DNA of 64,000 nt from Pseudomonadota bacterium. Its GTDB lineage: Bacteria; Pseudomonadota; Gammaproteobacteria; Eutrophobiales; Eutrophobiaceae. How positions within the stretch are numbered: position 1 is the first letter of the stretch; every line of letters begins with the position of its first letter. The stretch spans positions 306,414 to 370,413 of the forward strand of contig JABFGI010000001.1 of assembly GCA_013112535.1 (NCBI GenBank), given 5' to 3'. This document shows positions 30,678-41,168 of this stretch, in pieces. The position numbers were made by a program, and so were the translations under genes. The notes beneath the pieces are model-generated. The model was not told the DNA's origin. It was given only the letters and a program-made list of their open reading frames with translations, and did not search any database.

Positions 30678-31850
30678 ATGAGTAGTGCATTAATGTCAAA
30701 TTATCAACCTTTGCCGGTCGAATTCAAAAGTGGTGCAGGAGCATGGCTAACGGATATCGACGGCCAGCGTTATCTGGATGCGTTGAGTGGCATTGCTGTA
30801 TGCGGTTTAGGTCATGCCCATCCCGCTGTGCAAGCAGCCATTTCTGATCAGGCAGCAAACTTGATTCACACCTCAAATCTTTATCGTATTCCTTTACAGG
30901 AAAAACTGGCTGAGAAACTGGTTGAACATTCTGGCATGGAAAAAGTGTTCTTTGGTAATTCCGGTGCGGAAGCGAATGAAGCAGCAATTAAACTTGCACG
31001 TCTTTATGGGAATAATAAAGGTATTAAGAATCCAACAATTGTTGTTATGGAAAGAAGTTTTCATGGTCGAACCATGGCAACGCTAACTGCAACGGGTAAT
31101 GACAAAGTAAAAAAAGGATTTACGCCTTTGGTCGAAGGCTTTAAGCATATTCCCTACAACAATCTCGATGCGTTGAATGAAGTGGCTGAAACGACTCCTG
31201 ATCTTGTCGCTGTGATGGTTGAGCCGGTATTAGGCGAGGGTGGCGTTGTTATTCCTGATGAGACTTACCTGAAAGCGATTAGAACATTTTGTGATGAATA
31301 TGATTGTTTGATGATACTTGATGAGATTCAAACAGGCATGTGTCGAACCGGTGAATGGTTTGCGTTTCAACATGAAGCGATTAAACCGGATGTCATGACA
31401 TTAGCAAAAGCATTAGGTAATGGGGTACCGATAGGTGCCTGTTTGGCGAGTGGTGCAGCGGCAGATTTATTTCAACCGGGTAGTCATGGTTCTACATTCG
31501 GAGGTAACCCTCTCGCTGCAAGAGCGGCGTTAGCAGTGATAGAAGTTTTAGAAAACAATAATCTTGAGCGACGAGCAAAAGAGTTGGGAAAACGCCTTTT
31601 AGACGGTTTTAAACAAAGTTTAAGCGGAATAAAAGGTATAAAAGAGATTCGTGGTAAAGGTTTGATGTTAGGCATCGAGCTTGAAAAGGACTGTACTGAT
31701 TTGGTTGGTCTTGCATTGGAGCAAAATTTATTAATTAACGTGACGGCAGGGAATGTCATTCGATTGCTGCCTCCGTTAATTCTAAGTGATGATGAAGCCG
31801 ACGAAATCATATCCAGGTTGAGCGGTTTGCTCATAAAATATTTAACTTGA
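30678..31850 (+). CDS. argD: Acetylornithine / succinylornithine aminotransferase (class III PLP)
   Basis: Class III aminotransferase motifs (DEIQTG, PLP-lysine region TLAKALGNG). Confidence 0.8.
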   Translation: MSSALMSNYQPLPVEFKSGAGAWLTDIDGQRYLDALSGIAVCGLGHAHPAVQAAISDQAANLIHTSNLYRIPLQEKLAEKLVEHSGMEKVFFGNSGAEANEAAIKLARLYGNNKGIKNPTIVVMERSFHGRTMATLTATGNDKVKKGFTPLVEGFKHIPYNNLDALNEVAETTPDLVAVMVEPVLGEGGVVIPDETYLKAIRTFCDEYDCLMILDEIQTGMCRTGEWFAFQHEAIKPDVMTLAKALGNGVPIGACLASGAAADLFQPGSHGSTFGGNPLAARAALAVIEVLENNNLERRAKELGKRLLDGFKQSLSGIKGIKEIRGKGLMLGIELEKDCTDLVGLALEQNLLINVTAGNVIRLLPPLILSDDEADEIISRLSGLLIKYLT

Positions 31851-31860
31851 AGGCGTAGTT

Positions 31861-32763
31861 ATGAAACCAAGACATTTTTTAACGTTAAACAGTTTAAGTC
31901 GCGATGAATTACTGTCGATTATTAACCGTGCAGAACAGTTAAAAAAGCAATTTATAGAAAAGAACTATGAGACAACACTTAAAAGCCGCGTGTTAGGCAT
32001 GATTTTCGAAAAATCATCGACACGCACACGTGTTTCATTTGAAGCTGGTATGGCGCAATTGGGTGGTCATGCTATTTATCTTTCTCCAACCGGAACACAG
32101 ATCGGTCGCGGTGAACCTGTAAAAGATACGGCACGTGTGTTATCAAATATGGTCGATTGCATTATGTTAAGAACCTTTGAGCATGAAAAGATCGAGCAAT
32201 TTGCGGCGTATTCTTCTGTACCGGTGATTAATGGTTTGTCAGACAGTTACCATCCATGTCAGTTATTAGCTGATCTTTTAACGTTTTATGAAAAACGTGG
32301 TTCTATAGAAGGTAAAAAAGTCGTTTGGTTTGGTGATGGCAATAATATGTGTCATTCCTATATGAACGCTGCAAAGATTTTTGATTTTCAATTAGTTGTT
32401 TCTGGTCCCGAAGGTTTTGACCCGGATCAGGAAATATTTGCAGCAACAAAAGACAATGTTGTGATTGAACGCGATCCTGAACAGGCCGCAAAAAATGCAG
32501 ATGTTATCGTAACTGATGTCTGGGCGAGTATGGGTCAGGAAGAAGAACAAAACGAACGCATGCAAAAGTTTGCAAAATACCAGGTCAATTCTGACTTAAT
32601 GGAATGCGCTAATGGTGATGCCTTGTTTATGCATTGTTTACCGGCACACCGTGGTGAAGAAGTTTCTGAGAATGTCTTAGAAGGACCTCAAAGTGTGGTT
32701 TGGGAAGAAGCCGGTAATCGATTGCATTCACAAAAAGCATTATTAGAGTTTCTAATAGCATAA
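31861..32763 (+). CDS. argF: Ornithine carbamoyltransferase
   Basis: STRTR carbamoyl-phosphate motif and HCLP ornithine-binding motif. Confidence 0.85.
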   Translation: MKPRHFLTLNSLSRDELLSIINRAEQLKKQFIEKNYETTLKSRVLGMIFEKSSTRTRVSFEAGMAQLGGHAIYLSPTGTQIGRGEPVKDTARVLSNMVDCIMLRTFEHEKIEQFAAYSSVPVINGLSDSYHPCQLLADLLTFYEKRGSIEGKKVVWFGDGNNMCHSYMNAAKIFDFQLVVSGPEGFDPDQEIFAATKDNVVIERDPEQAAKNADVIVTDVWASMGQEEEQNERMQKFAKYQVNSDLMECANGDALFMHCLPAHRGEEVSENVLEGPQSVVWEEAGNRLHSQKALLEFLIA

Positions 32764-32782
32764 ATTATTAAATCAATTCTAA

Positions 32783-33529
32783 ATGCACTTCTTATTAAGT
32801 AACGATGATGGTTATCAGGCTCCCGGTTTAGCTGCTTTAGCTGAAGCGTTGAGTGAATTAGGTAAAGTAACGGTTGTTGCACCTGATCGTGATCGAAGTG
32901 GTGCAAGTAATTCATTAACGCTTGATGCACCGTTGCATGTGAAACAGGATAATCGTGGTTTTCATTATGTAAATGGTACACCAACGGATTGCGTTCATTT
33001 AGCTATCACCGGGTTATTAGATGAAGAACCGGATATGGTCATAAGCGGTATTAATTCAGGTGCAAATCTCGGTGATGATGTGCTTTATTCCGGTACCGTT
33101 GCTGCCGCAATGGAAGGACGATTCCTGGGCTGTCCCGCCATTGCTTTTTCTCTAGCTGGTGAACGTCCGGGTGATTATTCAACAGCGGTTATGGTAGCAA
33201 AAAAAATAATTCAATCGCTCATGCAAAAATCATTAGATGATGTGCTGTTGAATGTAAATATTCCCGATGTTGAATTTGAACAGATAGACGATTTTGCTGT
33301 AACGCGATTAGGTAATCGACATAAATCAGAACCTGCACAGGCAGCATTCGATCCAAAAGGTCGTAAGGTTTACTGGGTAGGGCCGGTTGGTCCAGAACAG
33401 GATGCCGGTGAAGGAACGGATTTTCATGCAATTCGAACAAACAAGGTGTCGATCACTCCAATGCAAATTGATTTAACACGGCACGATTCTTTACAAACTA
33501 TTTCTAACTGGATTGATGTACTAAAATGA
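32783..33529 (+). CDS. surE: 5'/3'-nucleotidase SurE
   Basis: LLSNDDG N-terminal motif; conserved surE-pcm-nlpD-rpoS synteny. Confidence 0.9.
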   Translation: MHFLLSNDDGYQAPGLAALAEALSELGKVTVVAPDRDRSGASNSLTLDAPLHVKQDNRGFHYVNGTPTDCVHLAITGLLDEEPDMVISGINSGANLGDDVLYSGTVAAAMEGRFLGCPAIAFSLAGERPGDYSTAVMVAKKIIQSLMQKSLDDVLLNVNIPDVEFEQIDDFAVTRLGNRHKSEPAQAAFDPKGRKVYWVGPVGPEQDAGEGTDFHAIRTNKVSITPMQIDLTRHDSLQTISNWIDVLK

Positions 33530-34194
33530 TGTCAGCTGATCACAATGGTATTGGTATGACGTCGCAACGAACACGTGATCGTCTGGCAGATACATTAGTC
33601 GAAATGGGAATTGAATCTAATGCTGTGCTTGATGCAATTCGAAAAACACCAAGACATTTATTTGTCGATGAAGCTTTGGCAACTCGCGCTTATGAAAACA
33701 CTGCTTTACCCATAGGTTTTAGTCAGACGATTTCCCAGCCATATATTGTTGCGAAAATGACAGAAGCCTTGATTAAGGATAAACAACCGGAAAATGTTCT
33801 GGAAGTAGGGACAGGGTGTGGTTATCAAACGGTTATCATGGCGCAATTTGCAAAACGCATATACACCGTTGAAAGAATAAATGGATTATTAATTCGTGCA
33901 CGTCAGCGTTTTCAAAAGTTGGGATTTACCAATATTCGCTCGAAACATGCTGATGGTAATATTGGTTGGCCAACGCATGCGCCATTTGATGGTATTATTG
34001 TTGCAGCTGCACCAATAGGTGTGCCTGATGCTCTAAAAGAACAGTTAGCGATAAATGGACGACTCGTTATTCCAGTAGGGAAGTCCGGTGATCAGAATTT
34101 ATTATTGATTACCCGCAGAGAAGACGGATTTGAAGAAGAAATTATTGATTCAGTAAGTTTTGTTCCTATGCTCGGTGGTATTGATACGACTTAA
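33526..34194 (+). CDS. pcm: Protein-L-isoaspartate O-methyltransferase
   Basis: VLEVGTGCGYQT SAM motif; overlaps the surE stop by 4 nt. Confidence 0.9.
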   Translation: MMSADHNGIGMTSQRTRDRLADTLVEMGIESNAVLDAIRKTPRHLFVDEALATRAYENTALPIGFSQTISQPYIVAKMTEALIKDKQPENVLEVGTGCGYQTVIMAQFAKRIYTVERINGLLIRARQRFQKLGFTNIRSKHADGNIGWPTHAPFDGIIVAAAPIGVPDALKEQLAINGRLVIPVGKSGDQNLLLITRREDGFEEEIIDSVSFVPMLGGIDTT

Positions 34195-34196
34195 CG

Positions 34197-35078
34197 ATGA
34201 CAGAATTTAAATATGACAGGATGATGCACCAATATAAAAATGTTATTTGTTTGGTGACCCTGATTTCACTTCAGGCATGTTCAGGTGCTGGCGTCGCACC
34301 AGTAGCGAATCGTGGTGAAGTAAAAGAAACGCCAGCAACAACATCGCAACGAAGTAGCAAATCTTCAGTAAAACCCGCAAAACCAAAAGCAGTTCAAAAT
34401 AAATCGGGATACCATATTGTCTCTGAGGGAGACACGCTTTATTCAATCGCGTGGCGATATAATTTTGATTACAAACAGGTAGCGAGCTGGAATCAGGTTA
34501 AAGCGCCATACACAATTTATCCCGGTCAGTTAATTCGTTTAAAGCCCGTTCTTAAAAAGAAAGGTGTTGCGTTAAAAAAACCGCAGGCAAGCACCAAAAA
34601 AAATGTAGTAAAGCAGCCATTACCTGAAAAAAAACCTGCTCCGGTTAAAAAACCGGTAAAAAAAGTTGCAAAGAAAACAACAGTAAAACCGGCTTTACCA
34701 AAAGGACCTGTTAAATGGTATTGGCCTACCGATGGCAAGATTGCCAGAACAAACTCACCGACATCGAAGAAGGGACTGGATATTCTGGGTCGTGCTGGAC
34801 AACGTGTAAAAGCGGCGGCGTCCGGTGAAGTTGTTTATAGTGGCGGTGGACTTCTGGGCTATGGAAAGCTTATTATCATTAAACATAATGAAACGTACTT
34901 AAGTGCCTATGCTTACAACAGCAAATTATTGGTCAAGGAAGGCGACAGAGTGAAAGCAGGAGAAAATATCTCCGAAATGGGACAGGATCATACTGGTCGG
35001 ACAGTACTGCATTTCGAAATTCGAAAGAATGGTAAACCCACTAACCCTTCCAGGTATCTTCCTAAGAAGCGTGCTTAA
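34197..35078 (+). CDS. nlpD: LysM / peptidase-M23 lipoprotein NlpD
   Basis: Lipobox, LysM (YHIVSEGDTLYSIA), Pro/Lys-rich linker, M23 domain. Confidence 0.8.
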   Translation: MTEFKYDRMMHQYKNVICLVTLISLQACSGAGVAPVANRGEVKETPATTSQRSSKSSVKPAKPKAVQNKSGYHIVSEGDTLYSIAWRYNFDYKQVASWNQVKAPYTIYPGQLIRLKPVLKKKGVALKKPQASTKKNVVKQPLPEKKPAPVKKPVKKVAKKTTVKPALPKGPVKWYWPTDGKIARTNSPTSKKGLDILGRAGQRVKAAASGEVVYSGGGLLGYGKLIIIKHNETYLSAYAYNSKLLVKEGDRVKAGENISEMGQDHTGRTVLHFEIRKNGKPTNPSRYLPKKRA

Positions 35079-35098
35079 GCATATAAACAACATAAATT

Positions 35099-36112
35099 AT
35101 GAAAGACGACGATACAAAATCAACCCCGAACCCTGATTCTAATATAGAAAAAAATGATATTAATGAACTCGAATTAACTGATGATTCTACTAATGAAGTT
35201 ATTAGTGATGATGCTGTCGAAACTGATTCAAAAGATAAAATATTAGAACCTGATAATGTAACTTTGTCAGCAGGTGAACTAGATGCCACACGACTCTATC
35301 TGAATGAAATTGGTTATTCTCCGTTATTAACTGCGGAAGAAGAAATTTATTACTCACGTAAGTTATTAAAAGGCGATGAAAATGCGAAAAAGCGCATGAT
35401 CGAAAGTAATTTGCGTCTTGTTGTAAAAATAGCACGACGTTACATGAATCGTGGTTTGGCGCTGCTGGATTTGATTGAAGAGGGCAATCTCGGTTTGATT
35501 CGTGCTGTTGAAAAATTTGACCCGGAAAGAGGCTTTCGATTTTCAACCTATGCTACCTGGTGGATAAGACAAACAATCGAACGTGGTTTGATGAATCAAA
35601 CACGCACAGTTCGTTTACCTATTCATGTCGTTAAGGAAATTAATATTTACTTACGAGCAGCGCGTAAACTTTCACAAACACTTGATCGCGAACCAACACC
35701 ACAGGATGTTGCCGAAATGCTCGATCAACCTATAGAAGAGGTTAAGCGCATGTTGGGCTTATATGAACGTGAAACCTCGGTTGATTCACCCAGCCCCTAT
35801 GATCCGGATAAATCTTTATTAGATACCTTACCCGATGAGCAAAACCTTGATCCATCACGCTTGTTACAAAACAGCGATGTAAGAGAACATATTGATACCT
35901 GGTTGAGCTTATTAACTGATAAACAGTGTGCAGTTGTGGAGCATCGTTTTGGTTTGCACGGAAGAGAAGTAGCGACATTGGAAGAAATAGGGAATGAGTT
36001 AGGTGTTACACGAGAGCGTGTCAGGCAAATTCAGATAGAAGCCATTAAACGGTTAAGACAAATTCTTATCAGGGAAGGGTTTTCCCTGGATACACTGAAT
36101 ATGGAGAATTAA
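35099..36112 (+). CDS. rpoS: RNA polymerase sigma factor RpoS
   Basis: Sigma-70 regions 1.2 to 4; RpoS-like length and position downstream of nlpD. Confidence 0.9.
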   Translation: MKDDDTKSTPNPDSNIEKNDINELELTDDSTNEVISDDAVETDSKDKILEPDNVTLSAGELDATRLYLNEIGYSPLLTAEEEIYYSRKLLKGDENAKKRMIESNLRLVVKIARRYMNRGLALLDLIEEGNLGLIRAVEKFDPERGFRFSTYATWWIRQTIERGLMNQTRTVRLPIHVVKEINIYLRAARKLSQTLDREPTPQDVAEMLDQPIEEVKRMLGLYERETSVDSPSPYDPDKSLLDTLPDEQNLDPSRLLQNSDVREHIDTWLSLLTDKQCAVVEHRFGLHGREVATLEEIGNELGVTRERVRQIQIEAIKRLRQILIREGFSLDTLNMEN

Positions 36113-36489
36113 TTAGAGGGAAGAAACAGGCAAGCCACGACATGTCTGCCTTCGTCAATTAATAAATTATAGCTTCGACATGCAGCACCAGTTGTCATTA
36201 TTTCCAAACCGATCTGCTTTGAAGTAATGTAAGACAATAATTTATAATTTTGAAAACCGGATTCGTTGCCGGTACCTAGCAAGATGACTTCAGGTTGCCA
36301 TGCAATAATCGGATCCATGTGTTGCAATGCAAGATTTTGGTAGGAATCGACAGACCAGTGTTCAATTAAATTATCTTTAGAAATGACAAAATTTGATTTA
36401 ATCAGTTTATTTTTTAAGGTAAATGAATCATCAGAATAGGAAATAATTTTATTTGAAGCAGAATTTTCATTATCAAGTTCGATCTTCAT
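36109..36489 (-). CDS. Mth938-like (DUF498) domain protein
   Basis: ILLGTGN...[12 protein letters not shown] pattern. Stop overlaps the rpoS stop convergently by 4 nt. Confidence 0.65.
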   Translation of the reverse strand: MKIELDNENSASNKIISYSDDSFTLKNKLIKSNFVISKDNLIEHWSVDSYQNLALQHMDPIIAWQPEVILLGTGNESGFQNYKLLSYITSKQIGLEIMTTGAACRSYNLLIDEGRHVVACLFLPSN

Positions 36490-36551
36490 CCGTTTTTATG
36501 TCCTGTTTTTAATAATGGTAATTATATTGAAGTAAAAATAACGTGAGGTAA

Positions 36552-37208
<657 letters not shown>

Positions 37209-37430
37209 ATTTTTATTTTTAAATTTTAAAAATAAACATAAAAAGTAGATTTAGTGCACAAATAACAATAAAAAATGCATTTTTTTATAACTTTTTTATA
37301 AACATTAATGATTTTTTTTAAAAAATTATAGTAAAAAGATAAAACATGACTATAATTGCAATGTGTTTGTTTAATGTTATGTATACATTTTGTTAAATTA
37401 AATTATTCAGTTTTAGGGGAGTCTCTAACT

Positions 37431-37733
37431 ATGGCGAAGAAGAAAGCAAAGAAGAAGACTGCAAAAAGAAAAGTTGCAAAGAAGAAGGCTAAGAAAAAAG
37501 TAGCTAAGAAAAAGGCAAAGAAGAAAACTGCCAAGAAAAAAGCTAAGAAGAAGGCCAAGAAAAAAGCTAAGAAAAAAACAGCTAAGAAAAAGGCCAAGAA
37601 AAAAACTTCTAAGAAAAAAGCTAAAAAGAAGGCCAAGAAAAAAGCTAAGAAAAAAGTAGCTAAGAAGAAGTCCAAGAAAAAGGCCAAAAAAAAGGCTAAA
37701 AGAAAAGCCAAAAAAAAAGCTAGAAGAAGATAA
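37431..37733 (+). CDS. Histone H1-like, Lys/Ala-rich nucleoid-associated protein
   Basis: 100 aa made almost entirely of AKKK/TAKKK repeats. GAGG-type ribosome-binding site. Upstream 220 bp is extremely AT-rich with a TATAAT at 37351. Confidence 0.7.
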   Translation: MAKKKAKKKTAKRKVAKKKAKKKVAKKKAKKKTAKKKAKKKAKKKAKKKTAKKKAKKKTSKKKAKKKAKKKAKKKVAKKKSKKKAKKKAKRKAKKKARRR

Positions 37734-37865
37734 AAAGCAGAAAATGACCTCCGGTCAGCGTGATAAATTACGCAGAGAAAAGGCCAGAGCAGTCATAGAA
37801 GCAAGAAAAAAACGCCGTCAGGCGTTAGTTGAAAGCTTACTAAAATAAGATTTCTACTAAATTAT

Positions 37866-37893
37866 AAAGCCCTGTTTATACAGGGCTTTTTTT
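37866..37893 (+). terminator. Rho-independent terminator
   Basis: AAAGCCCTG-tttata-CAGGGCTTT followed by T7. A second 8-bp hairpin follows at 37895..37914. Confidence 0.8.
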
Positions 37894-38077
37894 ACGCCTA
37901 CAGGTATGTAGGCGGTAGAAAACGTCTGGAACACGTTTTCGAGTAAACTTAAAGTTTATTCATTTTTCAAGAATGAGCTCTTATCGGCTACATTTCACAT
38001 CCATCAACTTAAAATCTTGAACGGATTTACTATTTTCGACATAGTTATCGCGATATTTTCTCAAAACACATTATTTC

Positions 38078-40351
38078 ATGACCAAAAAACGCAAAACTAC
38101 TCGAAAGCGAAAGTCCCAGCCTAAAACAAAGAAGAAATCCTTGCTAAAAGTTTGGATGATTCAGTTATTGGTTATTCTAGGTTGTATTTTTCTTTCTTAT
38201 TGTGTCTGGCTTGATTTTCAAATTAGAAAAGAATTTGAAGGAAAACGCTGGTCTGTTCCGGCAAGAGTTTATGCTCAACCCGTTGAACTTTATGTCGGAC
38301 TGGAAATTGAACAAAAAAAGTTAATAGAACAATTACAAAAAGCGAGTTATGAACCAGTAAAAAAGTTAACAAAGCCAGGTCAATTTAACAGTCATGCTTC
38401 GATCATTAAGTTATATACACGTCAATTTCATTATTGGGACGGTTTTGAAGTAGCTAGAAAGATACAAATAAAAATTAAAAATGGTTACGTCGCCGAGATA
38501 AGAGTACTGGATGATGGAAATGCAGTTCAAATAGTGCGTTTGAGTCCGGCGTTAATTGGCAAAATATTCCCGATGCACGATGAAGATCGTGTTCTAATTT
38601 CATATGAAGAAATACCGCCAGCATTAATAAAAGCTTTAATTGCAGTTGAAGACAGGTATTTTTATGAACATATAGGCATCGATCCGATAGGTATACTACG
38701 TTCAATTTTTACCAACCTGTTAGCCGGTAAAATAAAACAGGGTGGAAGTACGTTAACGCAACAACTTGTAAAAAATATGTTTTTGACGCGTGAACGAACT
38801 TATTCACGAAAGTTGAATGAAATGATCATGGCGTTAATGCTTGAGTATCATTATACGAAGGAAAGCATTCTTGCTGCCTATGTGAATGAAATCTATCTGG
38901 GCCAAAATGGTGCGCGGAGTATTCATGGCTTTGGCACTGCAGCAGAATTTTATTTTGCTAAACCGCTAAATGAATTAAATATTTCGGAAATTTCATTATT
39001 AGTGGGGTTAGTTAAAGGCGCTTCTTATTACAATCCACGTAAACATCCACAAAGAACGATAGAAAGACGTAATCTGGTATTAAAGCTGTTAAATGAACAG
39101 AAACTTATCAGTGCAGTCGAATATAAAAGAGCATCTTCTATTGCTTTAGGTGTCATTAAAAAGCCAAATTGGAGTAGTGCTAAATATCCTGCCTATCTGG
39201 ATTTAGTCAGACGTCATTTAAGACGTGATTATCATATAGACGATTTGAGAAATGAAGGTTTGCAAATACATACAACACTTGATGTTAGTAAGCAGGAAAT
39301 TTCTCAAAACAGCGTGAAAATCAGTTTGTCTAAACTGGACAAAGCAAAAGGCTTTAAATCAGGCTCATTACAATCAGCTTTGGTAATGGTTGACCAGCAT
39401 AATGGTGAAGTACTAGCTTTGGTAGGAGATAGAAACAAGAACCAAAATGCATTCAACCGAGCATTAGATGCTAAAAGGCAGATTGGATCATTAGTTAAAC
39501 CTGCTATTTATATGACCGCTTTACAACAAGCGAATAAATATAATGTATTGACTCCTCTGGATGATTCGAAACTGACGTTAAAACAAAAAAATGGCAAACC
39601 CTGGTCACCCAGTAATTATGATAATAAATCGCACGGACAAGTGCCGTTAGTTAGATCGATTGCCAAGTCTTATAATATTTCTACGGTGCGATTAGGTATG
39701 GCTATTGGTCTTGAAAATGTGATTCAAACATTAAAAACCCTGGGTGTTAAGTCATCGATACCAAAGTTGCCTTCCATTTTACTAGGCTCGATCAATTTAT
39801 CACCCTATGAGGTCACGCAAATGTATCAAACGATTGCCAGCGGTGGATTGCAAATTCCGTTAAAAACGATTCGTGCTGTGTTAGATAAAAAAGGTAAACC
39901 ATTGAAACATTATGACCTTGATGTGCGGGAATATATTGAACCGGATTCCGCATTTTTAACACAGTATTTATTAACAGAAGTTGTGACCAATGGGACTGCC
40001 AGACGTTTAACACGCGAATTACCTTCGTTAATGCCACTAGCTGGAAAAACAGGAACAACAAATGCGTTAAGAGATAGTTGGTTTGCCGGTTTCGGAGACC
40101 GTTTACTTGCTGTTGTCTGGGTCGGGCGTGATGATAATAAAACTGCTAAATTAACCGGGTCAACAGGTGCAATGCAGATTTGGCTAGATGTCATGAAAAT
40201 AATAAAACCTGTTCCTTTAGGTTTAATAGAGCCAGAAGAAATAGACTGGTATGAATTTCCCGACATGAGTAATCCACCGGATAGCTGTTATGGTACTAAA
40301 GCTTATCCGTTTGTCAGCAAAAATCCGCCAAACTATGTTAACTGTTTTTAA
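38078..40351 (+). CDS. mrcB: Penicillin-binding protein 1B (bifunctional glycosyltransferase/transpeptidase)
   Basis: Basic cytoplasmic tail, TM, UB2H-like region, GT51 motifs (EDRYFYEH, GGSTLTQQ), transpeptidase SxxK. Confidence 0.9.
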   Translation: MTKKRKTTRKRKSQPKTKKKSLLKVWMIQLLVILGCIFLSYCVWLDFQIRKEFEGKRWSVPARVYAQPVELYVGLEIEQKKLIEQLQKASYEPVKKLTKPGQFNSHASIIKLYTRQFHYWDGFEVARKIQIKIKNGYVAEIRVLDDGNAVQIVRLSPALIGKIFPMHDEDRVLISYEEIPPALIKALIAVEDRYFYEHIGIDPIGILRSIFTNLLAGKIKQGGSTLTQQLVKNMFLTRERTYSRKLNEMIMALMLEYHYTKESILAAYVNEIYLGQNGARSIHGFGTAAEFYFAKPLNELNISEISLLVGLVKGASYYNPRKHPQRTIERRNLVLKLLNEQKLISAVEYKRASSIALGVIKKPNWSSAKYPAYLDLVRRHLRRDYHIDDLRNEGLQIHTTLDVSKQEISQNSVKISLSKLDKAKGFKSGSLQSALVMVDQHNGEVLALVGDRNKNQNAFNRALDAKRQIGSLVKPAIYMTALQQANKYNVLTPLDDSKLTLKQKNGKPWSPSNYDNKSHGQVPLVRSIAKSYNISTVRLGMAIGLENVIQTLKTLGVKSSIPKLPSILLGSINLSPYEVTQMYQTIASGGLQIPLKTIRAVLDKKGKPLKHYDLDVREYIEPDSAFLTQYLLTEVVTNGTARRLTRELPSLMPLAGKTGTTNALRDSWFAGFGDRLLAVVWVGRDDNKTAKLTGSTGAMQIWLDVMKIIKPVPLGLIEPEEIDWYEFPDMSNPPDSCYGTKAYPFVSKNPPNYVNCF

Positions 40352-40374
40352 GAAAATGAAGATACAATTGATTT

Positions 40375-40884
40375 ATGAATACTAAAAAACTTTGTTTACT
40401 GATAATACTGATGAACTTGGTTGCCTGTGCAGAACAGGCAAAAAAATCAGTGGAACTGGTACCTGTTGAGGAGCGAAATACACCACTTGTTGAAAAGAAA
40501 ATCATAACTGAAAAAAACAAAACCGTAGATTTGCAAAAAGGAAACGCTATAGACAAACAAAAAGAACCGGTAATTACTGCCTTGCTTAATGATGCAGAAC
40601 AATTTTCAAAACAAGGTCAAAGTGAAAAAGCCGTTGCTACAATAGAGCGTGCACTTCGTATAGAGCCAAAGAATGCATTGTTATGGCATCGGTTTGCTGT
40701 TATTCGTATGCAACAACAACAATGGCAACAAGCGATTGTTATGGCGAGAAAATCAAATGCGCTTGCTGGTGATAATAGACAGTTAAAATCTGACAACTGG
40801 GGAATAATGGCAGCAGCGTACGATAGCTTGGGAGATAAGAAAAAAGCGAATGAAGCAAGGAATAAACAATCCGGTCAAGCTTAA
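40375..40884 (+). CDS. TPR-repeat lipoprotein, LpoP-like putative PBP1B activator
   Basis: Lipobox LVAC, TPR helices. Immediately downstream of mrcB, as LpoP is in Pseudomonas. Confidence 0.55.
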   Translation: MNTKKLCLLIILMNLVACAEQAKKSVELVPVEERNTPLVEKKIITEKNKTVDLQKGNAIDKQKEPVITALLNDAEQFSKQGQSEKAVATIERALRIEPKNALLWHRFAVIRMQQQQWQQAIVMARKSNALAGDNRQLKSDNWGIMAAAYDSLGDKKKANEARNKQSGQA

Positions 40885-40886
40885 GT

Positions 40887-41168
40887 TTAATTTGCTTGTT
40901 TAGGCACTTTACCTTTTATCATATAAGCAAAAGCAATCGTTTCAGCCACTGCCACATAAAGTTCTCTGGGTATTTCCTGATCTAATTTCAGTTTGGCAAG
41001 CATATCAACTAATTCAGGCTCTTCTCGTATAGGAATATTATGTTCTTTTGCGATCGCAATAATTTCATCTGCAATTTCGCCCATACCTTTTGCAGATAAT
41101 ACTGGTGCCGTGACGCCGTCATAACTCAGTGCAACAGCTTTGTTTGGTGTTTCAATGAAGTCAGTCAT
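40887..41168 (-). CDS. Stand-alone FlhB/EscU C-terminal domain protein (YlqH-like)
   Basis: KAVALSYDG...APVLSAKGMGEIADEIIAIAKEHNIPI...LYVAVAETIAFAY is colinear with the FlhB C-terminal cleaved domain. Confidence 0.8.
   Translation of the reverse strand: MTDFIETPNKAVALSYDGVTAPVLSAKGMGEIADEIIAIAKEHNIPIREEPELVDMLAKLKLDQEIPRELYVAVAETIAFAYMIKGKVPKQAN

Noticed and set aside
37403-37711. 102-aa F/L-rich ORF on the minus strand
   Set aside because: Exact antisense of the AAG/AAA-repeat histone-like gene. A Phe/Leu-rich reading frame is the automatic complement of Lys codons, and no independent start signals were seen.
37431-37733. Possible CRISPR-like or VNTR array suggested by short tandem DNA repeats
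   Set aside because: The repeats are in-frame codon repeats (AAG AAA GCT/ACT...) of a Lys/Ala-rich protein, not spacer-repeat units. No cas genes and no regular repeat-spacer periodicity anywhere in the window.
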